Positions 55,059 through 64,000 of a DNA stretch of 64,000 nt are shown in pieces. A model generated the notes under the pieces. That model saw nothing but the letters and a program-made list of their open reading frames with translations, searched no databases and was not told the origin of the DNA. Each line of letters opens with the position of its first letter. Positions within the stretch are counted from its first letter, which is position 1. The DNA is from a virus. A program made the position numbers and the translations under genes. The stretch lies in the IMG/VR virus record IMGVR_UViG_3300023184_000045, positions 32,001 to 96,000 of that record; one strand, 5' to 3'.

Positions 55059-57260
55059 ATGGCAGACAATGGGGCTTATAAAAAATATCTGTACGAACAG
55101 CAGCAAAACAGGATTAAATCAAATACTGCTAAGTACGCAGGCATCACTACAGCCGCTCCTTTATCGGCTGCTGAAAAAACAACTATATCTGGCCCACACC
55201 AAAAACCACCTCGTGACCCTTTTGCAGATGCTCGTAACAATGCTGGTCGTGCTGGCTACGATGAAGCAGGTAGCCCAATTGACCCGTTTGCTGCTGCCCG
55301 TGCGAACGCTGGCCGTCCTGGGTATGATGAGTCTGGTGATCCGGTGGACGCATTTGCCAATGAACGTGCAAACGCTGGTCGCCCCGGATACGACGAAGCT
55401 GGCACCAAGATCAACAGCGACGGAACGCCTGGCGGAACTCAAAGTATAAGTGCCAATGGTGCAAGTTCTGGCGCAGACGGCGGTGGTAATCCGGATAGTA
55501 ATCCGTTAGATAATTATGCTGACTATACCTACAGTTTAAATTTGTCTGTGCTGCCACCATCTGATTATAACGGCCTAGGCAACGGTCCGTTCAGTGCCGA
55601 CGGCAAAGTATTAATTGCCAGCGGCGGTAGACGCGACAGTGGCTTTGGTAGAGTAGCAGGATTCGAATCTGATTTTTATTTTGATAGTTTTAAAATGACA
55701 ACTATTGTTGGGGTAAACAATACTACTCGTGGCAGTAATGTAATTGATATGTCGTTTACTGTATTAGAACCATATGGGATGACACTACTTGACAAAATTT
55801 TAAAAGTAGCAGACACACTAGGCGCAAAAAATTGGAATGAAATGCCATTTGTAATGCAAATTGATTTTTATGGTAATACCAATGATGATATACCAGAATT
55901 AATTGCTGGACAAACAAAAACTATTCCTATAAAATTAATTGAATGTAAAATTAAAGCAACTACCAAAGGTGCTGAATATCAGTTTCACGGAATTCCGTAC
56001 AATCATGCAGCATTCCAAACTAATGCAGTATCAACTCCGGCATTCAATGAAGTAACTGCAAAAACTGTTGGAGAATTTTTTAGTAACGCAGAAGATGATA
56101 AAGGCAGCTATGCGTCGGCACTGAACAAGTACCAACAAAAATTAGCTGATGCAAATAAAAAGTATCAGGCGCTACCTGATAAATTTGAATTTGAAATTGA
56201 CGATGAAATAAAAAATGCAAAAATAATTGCCGACGATAAGCGCGGCAATGTTAGAAATACCCCAACTGCAAACGATGCCGCACCTAGCTCAAAAAAAGTA
56301 GATGGAAAAAAAGCAGCAGAAGGTGGCAAACCAGCTACAGTTGATTTAAAAACTCAAGTTACAGCTATCAATGCTGGAACATCTATCCCAGCAGTAATTG
56401 ATCAAGTTATAAGGAACAGTAGTTATTTTTCTGAGCAAGTGGGTAAACAAGGTAACGATGTAATTAAATCGTGGAAAATAATTCCTAAAGTTGAAATAAT
56501 GGAATTTGACAATTATAGAAAATGCTACCAGAAAAAATACATATACGTAATTAAAAAATCAGAATATCACAACACCAAATATCCAGACGCACCTACTAAA
56601 TTTCCTAAGAAAATTTCTAGGCAATATGATTATATGTACACTGGAAAAAATCAGTCTATAATAGATTTTAATATTGATTTTAATATTGTATTTTATACAG
56701 CAATGACTGCCAATAGAGACAAACTAAAAACGACAGAAATAGATCCTGATTCAACAAAAAATGAACGAGATAAAGGCACCCAAGCTGGTGCAACAGCAAA
56801 TAAATTGGATCAATCACATACAAAAACAGTTGGCTCAAATTCAGATCTTCAAACATCGGCACAAGGAACAAATGATTTTAAAAATGTAGCAGCAAATGAC
56901 TTGGTTAGATCGATGTTTACCGACTCTCGTGGAGATATGATTAATATCAAATTGAAAATTGCTGGTGATCCAGCATTTATTAAACAAGATGATGTTTACT
57001 TTAAACCTAAGGCAAATGACAATACTCCGCCGGGCGAGCTTGATGGGGCCAACAGTTTTACCACTGATGGTGGCGAATTATTTGTTGCATTAAATTTTAG
57101 AACACCGTCGGACACTAATCCCACAGATGATACATATGATTTTAGTGAAAGCGAAAAGACTGCATTTAGTGGTACTTATAGAGTTATTACAATAGAAAAC
57201 ATTCTTGAACGAGGAGTATTTACACAAACACTTGATATAATAAAAGTATTTGATGTATAA
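55059..57260 (+). CDS. Baseplate hub protein (gp27-like position)
   Basis: Lies between gp53 and gp5; C-terminal IKLKIAGDPAF...FSGTYRVITIENILERGVFTQTL is a hub motif; 22-aa triple repeat at 55215-55412. Confidence 0.6.
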   Translation: MADNGAYKKYLYEQQQNRIKSNTAKYAGITTAAPLSAAEKTTISGPHQKPPRDPFADARNNAGRAGYDEAGSPIDPFAAARANAGRPGYDESGDPVDAFANERANAGRPGYDEAGTKINSDGTPGGTQSISANGASSGADGGGNPDSNPLDNYADYTYSLNLSVLPPSDYNGLGNGPFSADGKVLIASGGRRDSGFGRVAGFESDFYFDSFKMTTIVGVNNTTRGSNVIDMSFTVLEPYGMTLLDKILKVADTLGAKNWNEMPFVMQIDFYGNTNDDIPELIAGQTKTIPIKLIECKIKATTKGAEYQFHGIPYNHAAFQTNAVSTPAFNEVTAKTVGEFFSNAEDDKGSYASALNKYQQKLADANKKYQALPDKFEFEIDDEIKNAKIIADDKRGNVRNTPTANDAAPSSKKVDGKKAAEGGKPATVDLKTQVTAINAGTSIPAVIDQVIRNSSYFSEQVGKQGNDVIKSWKIIPKVEIMEFDNYRKCYQKKYIYVIKKSEYHNTKYPDAPTKFPKKISRQYDYMYTGKNQSIIDFNIDFNIVFYTAMTANRDKLKTTEIDPDSTKNERDKGTQAGATANKLDQSHTKTVGSNSDLQTSAQGTNDFKNVAANDLVRSMFTDSRGDMINIKLKIAGDPAFIKQDDVYFKPKANDNTPPGELDGANSFTTDGGELFVALNFRTPSDTNPTDDTYDFSESEKTAFSGTYRVITIENILERGVFTQTLDIIKVFDV

Positions 57261-57265
57261 TAAAG

Positions 57266-59389
57266 ATGTCTAAAACAGATAGAAGAATAGGTAAAAAAGT
57301 ACCAGACTATATACGCCGTGAAGATAGCTCGGGCGTCCGCCTTGATGCTGGCCCGTATATTGGAAAAATTAAAAATAATTACGATACTATACGGCAAGGC
57401 AGATTGCAAGTTTGGATTCCGGACATTGGTGCAGGCGATGAGAATGATCCTAGTAATTGGCGAACAGTTAGCTATGCTAGTCCTTTTACTGGAGCAACTT
57501 CTCAAGAAGAAGATAAAAAAGATAATAAATTTAAAAAAGGTGTAAGGCACACTTACGGATTCTGGTTTACTCCACCAGACATTGATAATTTTGTACTATG
57601 TACATTTGTTGCAGGCGATCCTATGCGCGGATTTTGGTTTGCGTGTATACCAGTGCAAGCAGGGCAACACATGATACCAGCAATTGCTGGGTCTGCAAAT
57701 TATGACGATAAAGATATTGACAGCGATGCTGTTAAAAAGATGTCAAAGTCGCCACCACTACCTGTAGCCGAGTTTAATGAAAATGCTGATCAGGATTGGT
57801 CTAATTTTGTAAATTTAAAAAAAGCCCTGCACGAAACACAAATTGAAGTTCTACTAGAGCAGGGGCTTGATAGAGATACAACCCGCGGAGTAATCAGTAG
57901 CAGCAGTCAGCGAGAAAGCCCTAGTAAAGTATTTGGAATTAGTACACCCGGCCGTGCATTGTCTGGAGCCACCAATGACCAGCTAGTCTATTCCAGAGAA
58001 GGTGGGCATACTTTTGTTATGGATGACGGCGACTTTGCAAACAAAAACAAATTATTTAGAATACGAACATCGGGTGGTCATCAATTAATAATGAATGATT
58101 CCGATGATGTATTATACATTGGAAATAGTAAAGGAACAGCCTGGGTAGAGTTAACAGGCAGCGGCGATGTTAATGTATTTGGTACTGCTAGCATAAATCT
58201 TAGAGCTCAAGAGAATATCAATTTCCATGCAGGCAAAGACATTAACATACATTCTGATGGAAAGTTTAATTTATTTGCAAAGACTTCTGTAAAAATTGAG
58301 TCAGAAGCAATAAGTTCTGTATCAAGTAAGAGAACAACTATATATGGCAATGGCATTGAAGTGGGTAGTGAATCTACCATTGACATTAATGCCAAGAGCA
58401 GTGCCAGTTATAGTGCTGGTCCAGAATTAATTCTATCTGGCACTACAATAAAATTAAATTCGGGCAAGGGTCCTACTGTAGCTAAACCTGAAAAAATAAC
58501 AATAAATGATTTGTACGATGCAGAAAAAGATGGCAACGGACAATGGCAATCTAAACCTGCTAAATTAAAAAGCATTGTTAAGAAAGCACCAACGCATGAG
58601 CCGTGGGGACGAGACGGTGGTAAACCGAATCCAGCCGCTAGTGGCGCCGCCAGCGCATCCGGTAGCAACGGCGGCAGTTTGGGCAGCGCATCCGGCAGCG
58701 GCGCAACACAGACAGTAACCGGCGCCGGCGCAGTTGACGGATTTGGAAACCCAGTATTAAAAGGATCTAGCAACAGTTCGGATGCTGGATTAAAATCTGC
58801 ACTAGGGGGAAGTGTTCGCAAACCAGCATCAAAAGAAGAAATGTATCGTAGCGACAATCCTACTCCTACAAAAGGAGTTGGTAACTTAGACCCAATTGAT
58901 AAGAAAGCCTTAAAAACACAAATTGCCAAAAGTGAAAGTGGCGGTAAGTATGACATTGTAGAATCTAATAGAGGTAATTATTTGGGCAAGTACCAAGTTG
59001 GTGCGTCTGCACTAGTTGGCGAAGGATATATCAAACCTGATGCTTACGCCAAGTACGGTACTGCTGCGGTTAATTATCCATCAAGTTGGACTGGAAAAGA
59101 TGGAGTTAGTGGTAAGCAAGATTTTCTTAACAATCATTCTGCACAAGAAAATGCAATGGACGGCTTACTTGACAAGAATTATGCTGCTTTGCAACGCACT
59201 GGCGGCGTTAGATCAACTGATAGTAAAGAAACAGTATCAGGAATGTTGGCAACAAGTCACCTATTGGGTGCAGGCGGTGCAACAACATGGCGTAATACAG
59301 GAGGCGGCGCAGACGCCAATGGTACAACGGGCACAGCATATTTTAACATGGGTAGGTACGCTTCAAACGTATTGGCTAAAACATCTTAA
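57266..59389 (+). CDS. g5: Baseplate central spike (gp5/VgrG-like) with OB-fold, beta-helix and C-terminal lysozyme-like/transglycosylase domain
   Basis: GRLQVWIP, TYGFWFTPPD..NFVLCTF, GGHTFVMDDG, RIRTSGGHQLIMND, PTHEPW, then IAKSESGGKY...LGKYQVG...ATSHLLGAGG. Confidence 0.85.
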   Translation: MSKTDRRIGKKVPDYIRREDSSGVRLDAGPYIGKIKNNYDTIRQGRLQVWIPDIGAGDENDPSNWRTVSYASPFTGATSQEEDKKDNKFKKGVRHTYGFWFTPPDIDNFVLCTFVAGDPMRGFWFACIPVQAGQHMIPAIAGSANYDDKDIDSDAVKKMSKSPPLPVAEFNENADQDWSNFVNLKKALHETQIEVLLEQGLDRDTTRGVISSSSQRESPSKVFGISTPGRALSGATNDQLVYSREGGHTFVMDDGDFANKNKLFRIRTSGGHQLIMNDSDDVLYIGNSKGTAWVELTGSGDVNVFGTASINLRAQENINFHAGKDINIHSDGKFNLFAKTSVKIESEAISSVSSKRTTIYGNGIEVGSESTIDINAKSSASYSAGPELILSGTTIKLNSGKGPTVAKPEKITINDLYDAEKDGNGQWQSKPAKLKSIVKKAPTHEPWGRDGGKPNPAASGAASASGSNGGSLGSASGSGATQTVTGAGAVDGFGNPVLKGSSNSSDAGLKSALGGSVRKPASKEEMYRSDNPTPTKGVGNLDPIDKKALKTQIAKSESGGKYDIVESNRGNYLGKYQVGASALVGEGYIKPDAYAKYGTAAVNYPSSWTGKDGVSGKQDFLNNHSAQENAMDGLLDKNYAALQRTGGVRSTDSKETVSGMLATSHLLGAGGATTWRNTGGGADANGTTGTAYFNMGRYASNVLAKTS

Positions 59390-59397
59390 ATACTATT

Positions 59398-59772
59398 ATG
59401 ACTACATACAAAGGATTTAGCACCTACAACAGACTACGTAAATTTACGTTATCTGACTTTGACTTGGTTAAACAAGACATTTTTAATCACTTTTCAATAA
59501 GAAAAGGTGAAAAACTAATGAATCCCAAATTTGGAACAATCATTTGGGGATTGTTATTTGAACCAATGACAGAAAATATCCGTGAGCTAATAGCCGAGGA
59601 CGTTAAGACAATTGTTGATTACGACCCCAGAGTGTCAGCTGATAGCATATCAATAATTGAATTTGAACACGGAATACAAATCAATTTAAATCTTCGATAC
59701 GTGCTAACTAATCAAGTAAGCGAGTTAGCACTGAGATTTGACAGCACGTCAAATGCTTTGACTTACGCTTAG
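59398..59772 (+). CDS. g25: Baseplate wedge protein gp25
   Basis: DLVKQDIFNHF..RKGEKLMNPKFG...YDPRV; TAAATA (59387-59392) lies 5 nt upstream. Confidence 0.92.
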   Translation: MTTYKGFSTYNRLRKFTLSDFDLVKQDIFNHFSIRKGEKLMNPKFGTIIWGLLFEPMTENIRELIAEDVKTIVDYDPRVSADSISIIEFEHGIQINLNLRYVLTNQVSELALRFDSTSNALTYA

Positions 59773-59823
59773 TTAAACACCCACTTTAATTACATAATAA
59801 ATATATGAACAGAGTCTTATAAC

Positions 59824-62800
59824 ATGGCTATTATATCTCGACAAACCGGTCTGCTTTCGGCAGAAAACTGGAAAAAAATATATCAAACCTTTCGCGAGGC
59901 TGATTTCACTACCTACGATTTTGAAACCCTACGTAAGAGTATGATTGATTATATCAAGATATACTACCCCGAGGACTATAACGATTTTACAGAAAGCAGC
60001 GAATTTGTTGCATTAATTGACCTGATAGCTTTTATGGGTCAAAATTTGGCGTTTAGAACAGACTTAAATGCTAGAGAAAACTTTCTTGACACAGCCGAGC
60101 GCAGAGACAGCGTGTTAAAACTAGCCAGACTAGTTAGCTATAATCCCAAACGCACATTACCAGCTACAGGTTATTTGAAAATTGAAAATGTTAGCACTAC
60201 AGAAAGTGTGTTTGACAGTAACGGATTTGACCTTAGTAATACTATTGTTAATTGGAATGATCCAGCAAATGATAACTGGTTGGAGCAGTTTACTACAATA
60301 TTAAATGCAGCATTAGTTAGTAGTCAAATAGTTGGGAAACCTGCACATAGTCAAACTATAAATGGAATTGTTACAGATGAATACAGTATAAACAATTTAT
60401 CTAGTACTGTTCCTATTTATAGATATGAATCAACGGTTGAAGGCACAACAACGTCATTTGAAATTGTTAGTGCAACCAGTACTGGAAAAACTTACATTTA
60501 CGAAGCTGCACCTGATTATCAGAAAGTTTTTAACTTTTTGTATAAAAACGATAACAATGGCAATTCTAGTAACAATACCGGATTCTTCTTTTACTTTAAG
60601 CAAGGCGAATTAGCAAGTTTAGATTTTAATGTTGCAGAAGCAGTGCCAAATAAAGTTGTTAACATTGATGTTAACAACATTAATAATTCAGACGTTTGGT
60701 TGTATAAACTTAACACCGATGCGTCAACTCAATCATTATGGACCCAAGTGCCGTCTACATCGGGCATTAATGTAATTTATAATAATCTAAGTGATAAAAA
60801 TCTTTATCAAATTAACACACGCGCATCAGACCAAATTAGTTTAGTGTTTGGCGATGGGTCGTTTACTAATGTACCGCAAGGCGATTTTAGACTGTATTAC
60901 AGAACTAGTAACGGATTAAATTATAAAATAACACCAGACGAAATGCGATCTATTAGTATTACTATCAAGTATACTAGTAGACAAAATAGAATAGAAACTA
61001 TTACTATTCGTGCAAGTTTAAAATACACTGTTGCCAATGCGTCCTCAACTGAAACAACAGACAATATAAGACAAAAAGCACCGCAACAGTATTATACTCA
61101 GAATCGCATGATTACAGGCGAAGATTATAATATCTTGCCTTATACTTCATTTAGTAAAATTATTAAAGCTAAATCTATTAACCGCACCAGCAGTGGATTA
61201 AGCAGATATTTAGACATGTTGGATACCACTGGCAAGTACAGTAGTACTAATACGTTTGGCCAAGATGGCGTGCTGTATAGAGATGCGTATATTAATACAT
61301 TTGAATTTGGCTTCCGCAGCGCAAATGATGCACGTAGAATTGTATATAATCAAGTAATTAATCAAGTTGTGGCAGGACAAGGATTGTTACACCATTTTTA
61401 CAAGACTACTTCAAATATATATTCAGCTGATATAATTACAGCTGACCAAATGTTGTTTGGCCACAGATATATCATTGAGTCTGTTGGCATAACAAATTTT
61501 ACATTATATGATGCTTTAGAAAATCGTGTTGGTGGTAATTTTGTTGCCGGCGGCGCCGACACAGTTAACGCTAATTCTCAGGGAATTGGCACAGTGAGAG
61601 AAATGCCAGTGGCTTGGCATTTAAGTGTAGTAGGCAGCAATAGTTCCAATGGGTATTTTATATCTAGCAGCACTGGGGCGGCGTTAGGGTTAACGCCGCC
61701 ACCAAATACTATTTCACGATATTTAAAAGCTGGTGCAATTATAAAATTTCTAGCACCTGCAGGGAAATATTTTAATGCGTCAAATACTTTATTAACAGGT
61801 GTGCCTAGTCGCCCAGACGATAAAGTTGAAATATATGCATCTGTTGTTGATATAATTGGTAATGGTGCAAATGACGGACTTGGCAATTTTACCAATGGCG
61901 CAGGTCCCGTTACATTGAATACTAAAGTTCCGTCTGGCGCAATAATTAAATATGTCATACCTGCATACAAAAATAATTTTGGTGCTGGGTTTGTTGATAA
62001 TATTGTTAGCAACATTCTTGCCTATCAAAACTTTGGGATACTTTATAAGAGTACTACACAAACTTGGAAGTTGGCAGAATTTCCAGAAATGGCCGCAGAC
62101 GAATGGATGATTAAATTTGAATATAACAATAATAGTAACAAATATATTGTAAGTTATAAAGGATTAGATTACATTTTTCATAGCCCGGCCGAGACTACGT
62201 TTTACTACGATGCAGCACTAAAAATATACGATAGTAAAACTGCTAGTATCATTTATGATCACATAAATGTTCTAGGAGTTAACCGAGGCCCCGATTCGGC
62301 CGCACCATTGGGCGCAAATGCAACATGGAACGTATTGGATAAAGTAACTGATGTTGACGGATATGTTGACAGCAGTAGAATTTATTTAACATTTGCCGAT
62401 AGTGATTCTGACAGCGTACCTGACAATCCAGATTTATTCAACTTGGTAGTAGATCCTGATACTAACTCAGAGTTTAAATTGGTATTTTTTGAATCAGTTG
62501 CTACAACTGGATACACAAAGTATTTTAATTTAACACTATTAGCGGCAGATACTGTAATTTCTATTTACGCAACTAAACAAGAGATCGCAACGGTGGCAAC
62601 AGGATTTAATTCAAATTTTGAACTAGGGCAATTATTTTACGCCACCAACGATCGTGCATTCTATAAAATAATAAGAGCAGCAGATAGCAGTTTTACTTTG
62701 TCTGACGCTATAACAAAATATCAAGCATACTATGGACGTAGAAATTTGTTCTACCAATACAGACATAATTCTCCAAACACACGTAGAATTGATCCTAGTA

Positions 62801-63369
62801 TTAGCAATATCATTGACATGTATGTGTTAACGTCTGAGTATGATACTAGTTACAGACAATGGATACAAGATACATCAAATACTGTAGTTGAGCCTACTGC
62901 ACCAACTAGCACTGAATTAGCAATAGACTTCTCTGGGTTAAATGATATTAAAGCTATTAGCGACACTATCATATTCCAGAATGCATCTTACAAACCAATT
63001 TTTGGTTCTAAGGCTATTAATAATTTGCAAGCAATATTTAAAGTAGTTAAGAATCCAAATTTAAATATCAGTGATGCCGACATTAAGATATCGGTTATCA
63101 ATGCTATCAATACTTATTTTGATATTAACAATTGGGATTTTGGCGAAACATTTTACTTCAGTGAGCTGTCGGCGTATTTGCACCAAATGTTAAGTCCAAA
63201 CATTGCAAGTATTGTTATAGTTCCTAGGGACCCGTCGATAAAATTTGGAAGTTTATATCAAATCAATGCAGAACCCAATGAGATAATTATTAGTTGTGCT
63301 ACAGTAGATAATGTTGAAATTATCACAGCAGTAACAGCGATACAATTAAATCAAGGTGTGTCACTTTAG
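59824..63369 (+). CDS. g6: Baseplate wedge protein gp6
   Basis: YDFETLRKSMIDY, LIDLIAFMGQNLAFRTDLNARENFLDTAERRDSVLKLARLVSYNPKR, QNRMITGEDY, WDFGETFYFSELS; TAAATA at 59798-59803. Confidence 0.92.
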   Translation: MAIISRQTGLLSAENWKKIYQTFREADFTTYDFETLRKSMIDYIKIYYPEDYNDFTESSEFVALIDLIAFMGQNLAFRTDLNARENFLDTAERRDSVLKLARLVSYNPKRTLPATGYLKIENVSTTESVFDSNGFDLSNTIVNWNDPANDNWLEQFTTILNAALVSSQIVGKPAHSQTINGIVTDEYSINNLSSTVPIYRYESTVEGTTTSFEIVSATSTGKTYIYEAAPDYQKVFNFLYKNDNNGNSSNNTGFFFYFKQGELASLDFNVAEAVPNKVVNIDVNNINNSDVWLYKLNTDASTQSLWTQVPSTSGINVIYNNLSDKNLYQINTRASDQISLVFGDGSFTNVPQGDFRLYYRTSNGLNYKITPDEMRSISITIKYTSRQNRIETITIRASLKYTVANASSTETTDNIRQKAPQQYYTQNRMITGEDYNILPYTSFSKIIKAKSINRTSSGLSRYLDMLDTTGKYSSTNTFGQDGVLYRDAYINTFEFGFRSANDARRIVYNQVINQVVAGQGLLHHFYKTTSNIYSADIITADQMLFGHRYIIESVGITNFTLYDALENRVGGNFVAGGADTVNANSQGIGTVREMPVAWHLSVVGSNSSNGYFISSSTGAALGLTPPPNTISRYLKAGAIIKFLAPAGKYFNASNTLLTGVPSRPDDKVEIYASVVDIIGNGANDGLGNFTNGAGPVTLNTKVPSGAIIKYVIPAYKNNFGAGFVDNIVSNILAYQNFGILYKSTTQTWKLAEFPEMAADEWMIKFEYNNNSNKYIVSYKGLDYIFHSPAETTFYYDAALKIYDSKTASIIYDHINVLGVNRGPDSAAPLGANATWNVLDKVTDVDGYVDSSRIYLTFADSDSDSVPDNPDLFNLVVDPDTNSEFKLVFFESVATTGYTKYFNLTLLAADTVISIYATKQEIATVATGFNSNFELGQLFYATNDRAFYKIIRAADSSFTLSDAITKYQAYYGRRNLFYQYRHNSPNTRRIDPSISNIIDMYVLTSEYDTSYRQWIQDTSNTVVEPTAPTSTELAIDFSGLNDIKAISDTIIFQNASYKPIFGSKAINNLQAIFKVVKNPNLNISDADIKISVINAINTYFDINNWDFGETFYFSELSAYLHQMLSPNIASIVIVPRDPSIKFGSLYQINAEPNEIIISCATVDNVEIITAVTAIQLNQGVSL

Positions 63370-63388
63370 AATAACCTATAGGTAAACA

Positions 63389-64000
63389 ATGGCTACTAGA
63401 AAGACGTTAAATTTTCTCCCAGACATATTTAAAACAGATATTAATAAAAAATTTCTGGGCGCTACAATAGACCAATTGGTTAGCGAAGCAGAAATTTCTA
63501 AACTAAATGGACTAGTTGGGCGTAAATTTTCATCATTAACAAATCCCAGTGACAATTTTATATTGGAACCAACGGATACAAGACAAAATTATCAATTTGA
63601 GCCTGCGGTAATAGTCAACAATGAAAGTAATGGTATTGAACTGTATGGTGACTACCAAGCCCTAATAGAAAAAATTAGCTACTACGGCGGCATAACAGAC
63701 AACCATAATAGATTATTTGAATCTGAATATTACAGTTATAATCCTAGAATTGATCTTGATAAGTTTGTTAACTATACTCGTTATTTTTGGTTACCAAATG
63801 GGCCAGACACTGTAACAGTATCGTCTGGCGTTGACGGTGCACCAAAAGCATTTAATTTTACCCGCAATGATCAAGGTAATTCTGTCGTTGTTAATGTCAA
63901 CGACGGTAATAGTGTTCCTAATCCAACTATTACCTTGGTAAGGGGCACTACATATCAATTTGTCGTAGACCAAGTTGGTCATCCACTGTGGATCCAAACT
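63389..64000 (+). CDS. Large baseplate wedge protein (gp7-like), 5' part only; absent from the ORF track
   Basis: ATG 63389 opens MATRKTLNFLPDIFKTDINKKFLGATIDQL...YNPRIDLDKFVNYTRYFWLPNGP and runs off the window. Confidence 0.8.
   Translation, partial: MATRKTLNFLPDIFKTDINKKFLGATIDQLVSEAEISKLNGLVGRKFSSLTNPSDNFILEPTDTRQNYQFEPAVIVNNESNGIELYGDYQALIEKISYYGGITDNHNRLFESEYYSYNPRIDLDKFVNYTRYFWLPNGPDTVTVSSGVDGAPKAFNFTRNDQGNSVVVNVNDGNSVPNPTITLVRGTTYQFVVDQVGHPLWIQT

Noticed and set aside
1-64000. Alternative genetic code (TAG/TGA recoding, common in jumbo phages)
   Set aside because: Core genes are full length in the standard code, and TAG (35627, 50019, 63367) and TGA (37450, 48887) end genes at the expected positions.

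Overview
This 64-kb window comes from a large T4-related (T4-superfamily, jumbo-like) myovirus genome. It is not cellular DNA. From left to right it holds four blocks. (1) About 37 kb of minus-strand fibre, adhesin and virion-accessory genes. These include a >1,800-aa collagen/Gly-rich fibre that the ORF track misses, a Thr-collagen fibre, and proteins carrying SPRY, LCCL, SGNH-esterase, ILEI, LamG, PA14-like, Ig-like and beta-propeller domains. (2) A pirin gene and the head module: major capsid, scaffold, prohead protease, acidic core protein and portal, followed by the tape measure. (3) A divergent gp26-like chaperone gene, a ~460-nt structured non-coding tract, a Holliday-junction-resolvase-like nuclease, gp46/gp47 and a gp55-like late sigma factor. 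(4) A plus-strand baseplate module (tube cap/initiator, gp53, hub, gp5 with a muramidase-like domain, gp25, gp6, start of a gp7-like gene). The regulatory pattern is readable: TAAATA late promoters precede structural genes, and sigma70-type promoters precede gp55 and gp47. The best leads are the ~460-nt structured element downstream of the nuclease, a canonical U_UUU_UUC -1 frameshift giving a lambda G/GT-like chaperone pair beside the tape measure, and a three-hairpin/pseudoknot 5' leader at 37356-37450. Others are a probable AUU start for the late sigma factor, five apparently leaderless genes, an LCCL domain on a virion protein, and a pirin with a displaced metal ligand. All family assignments come from motif recognition by eye; no searches were run.
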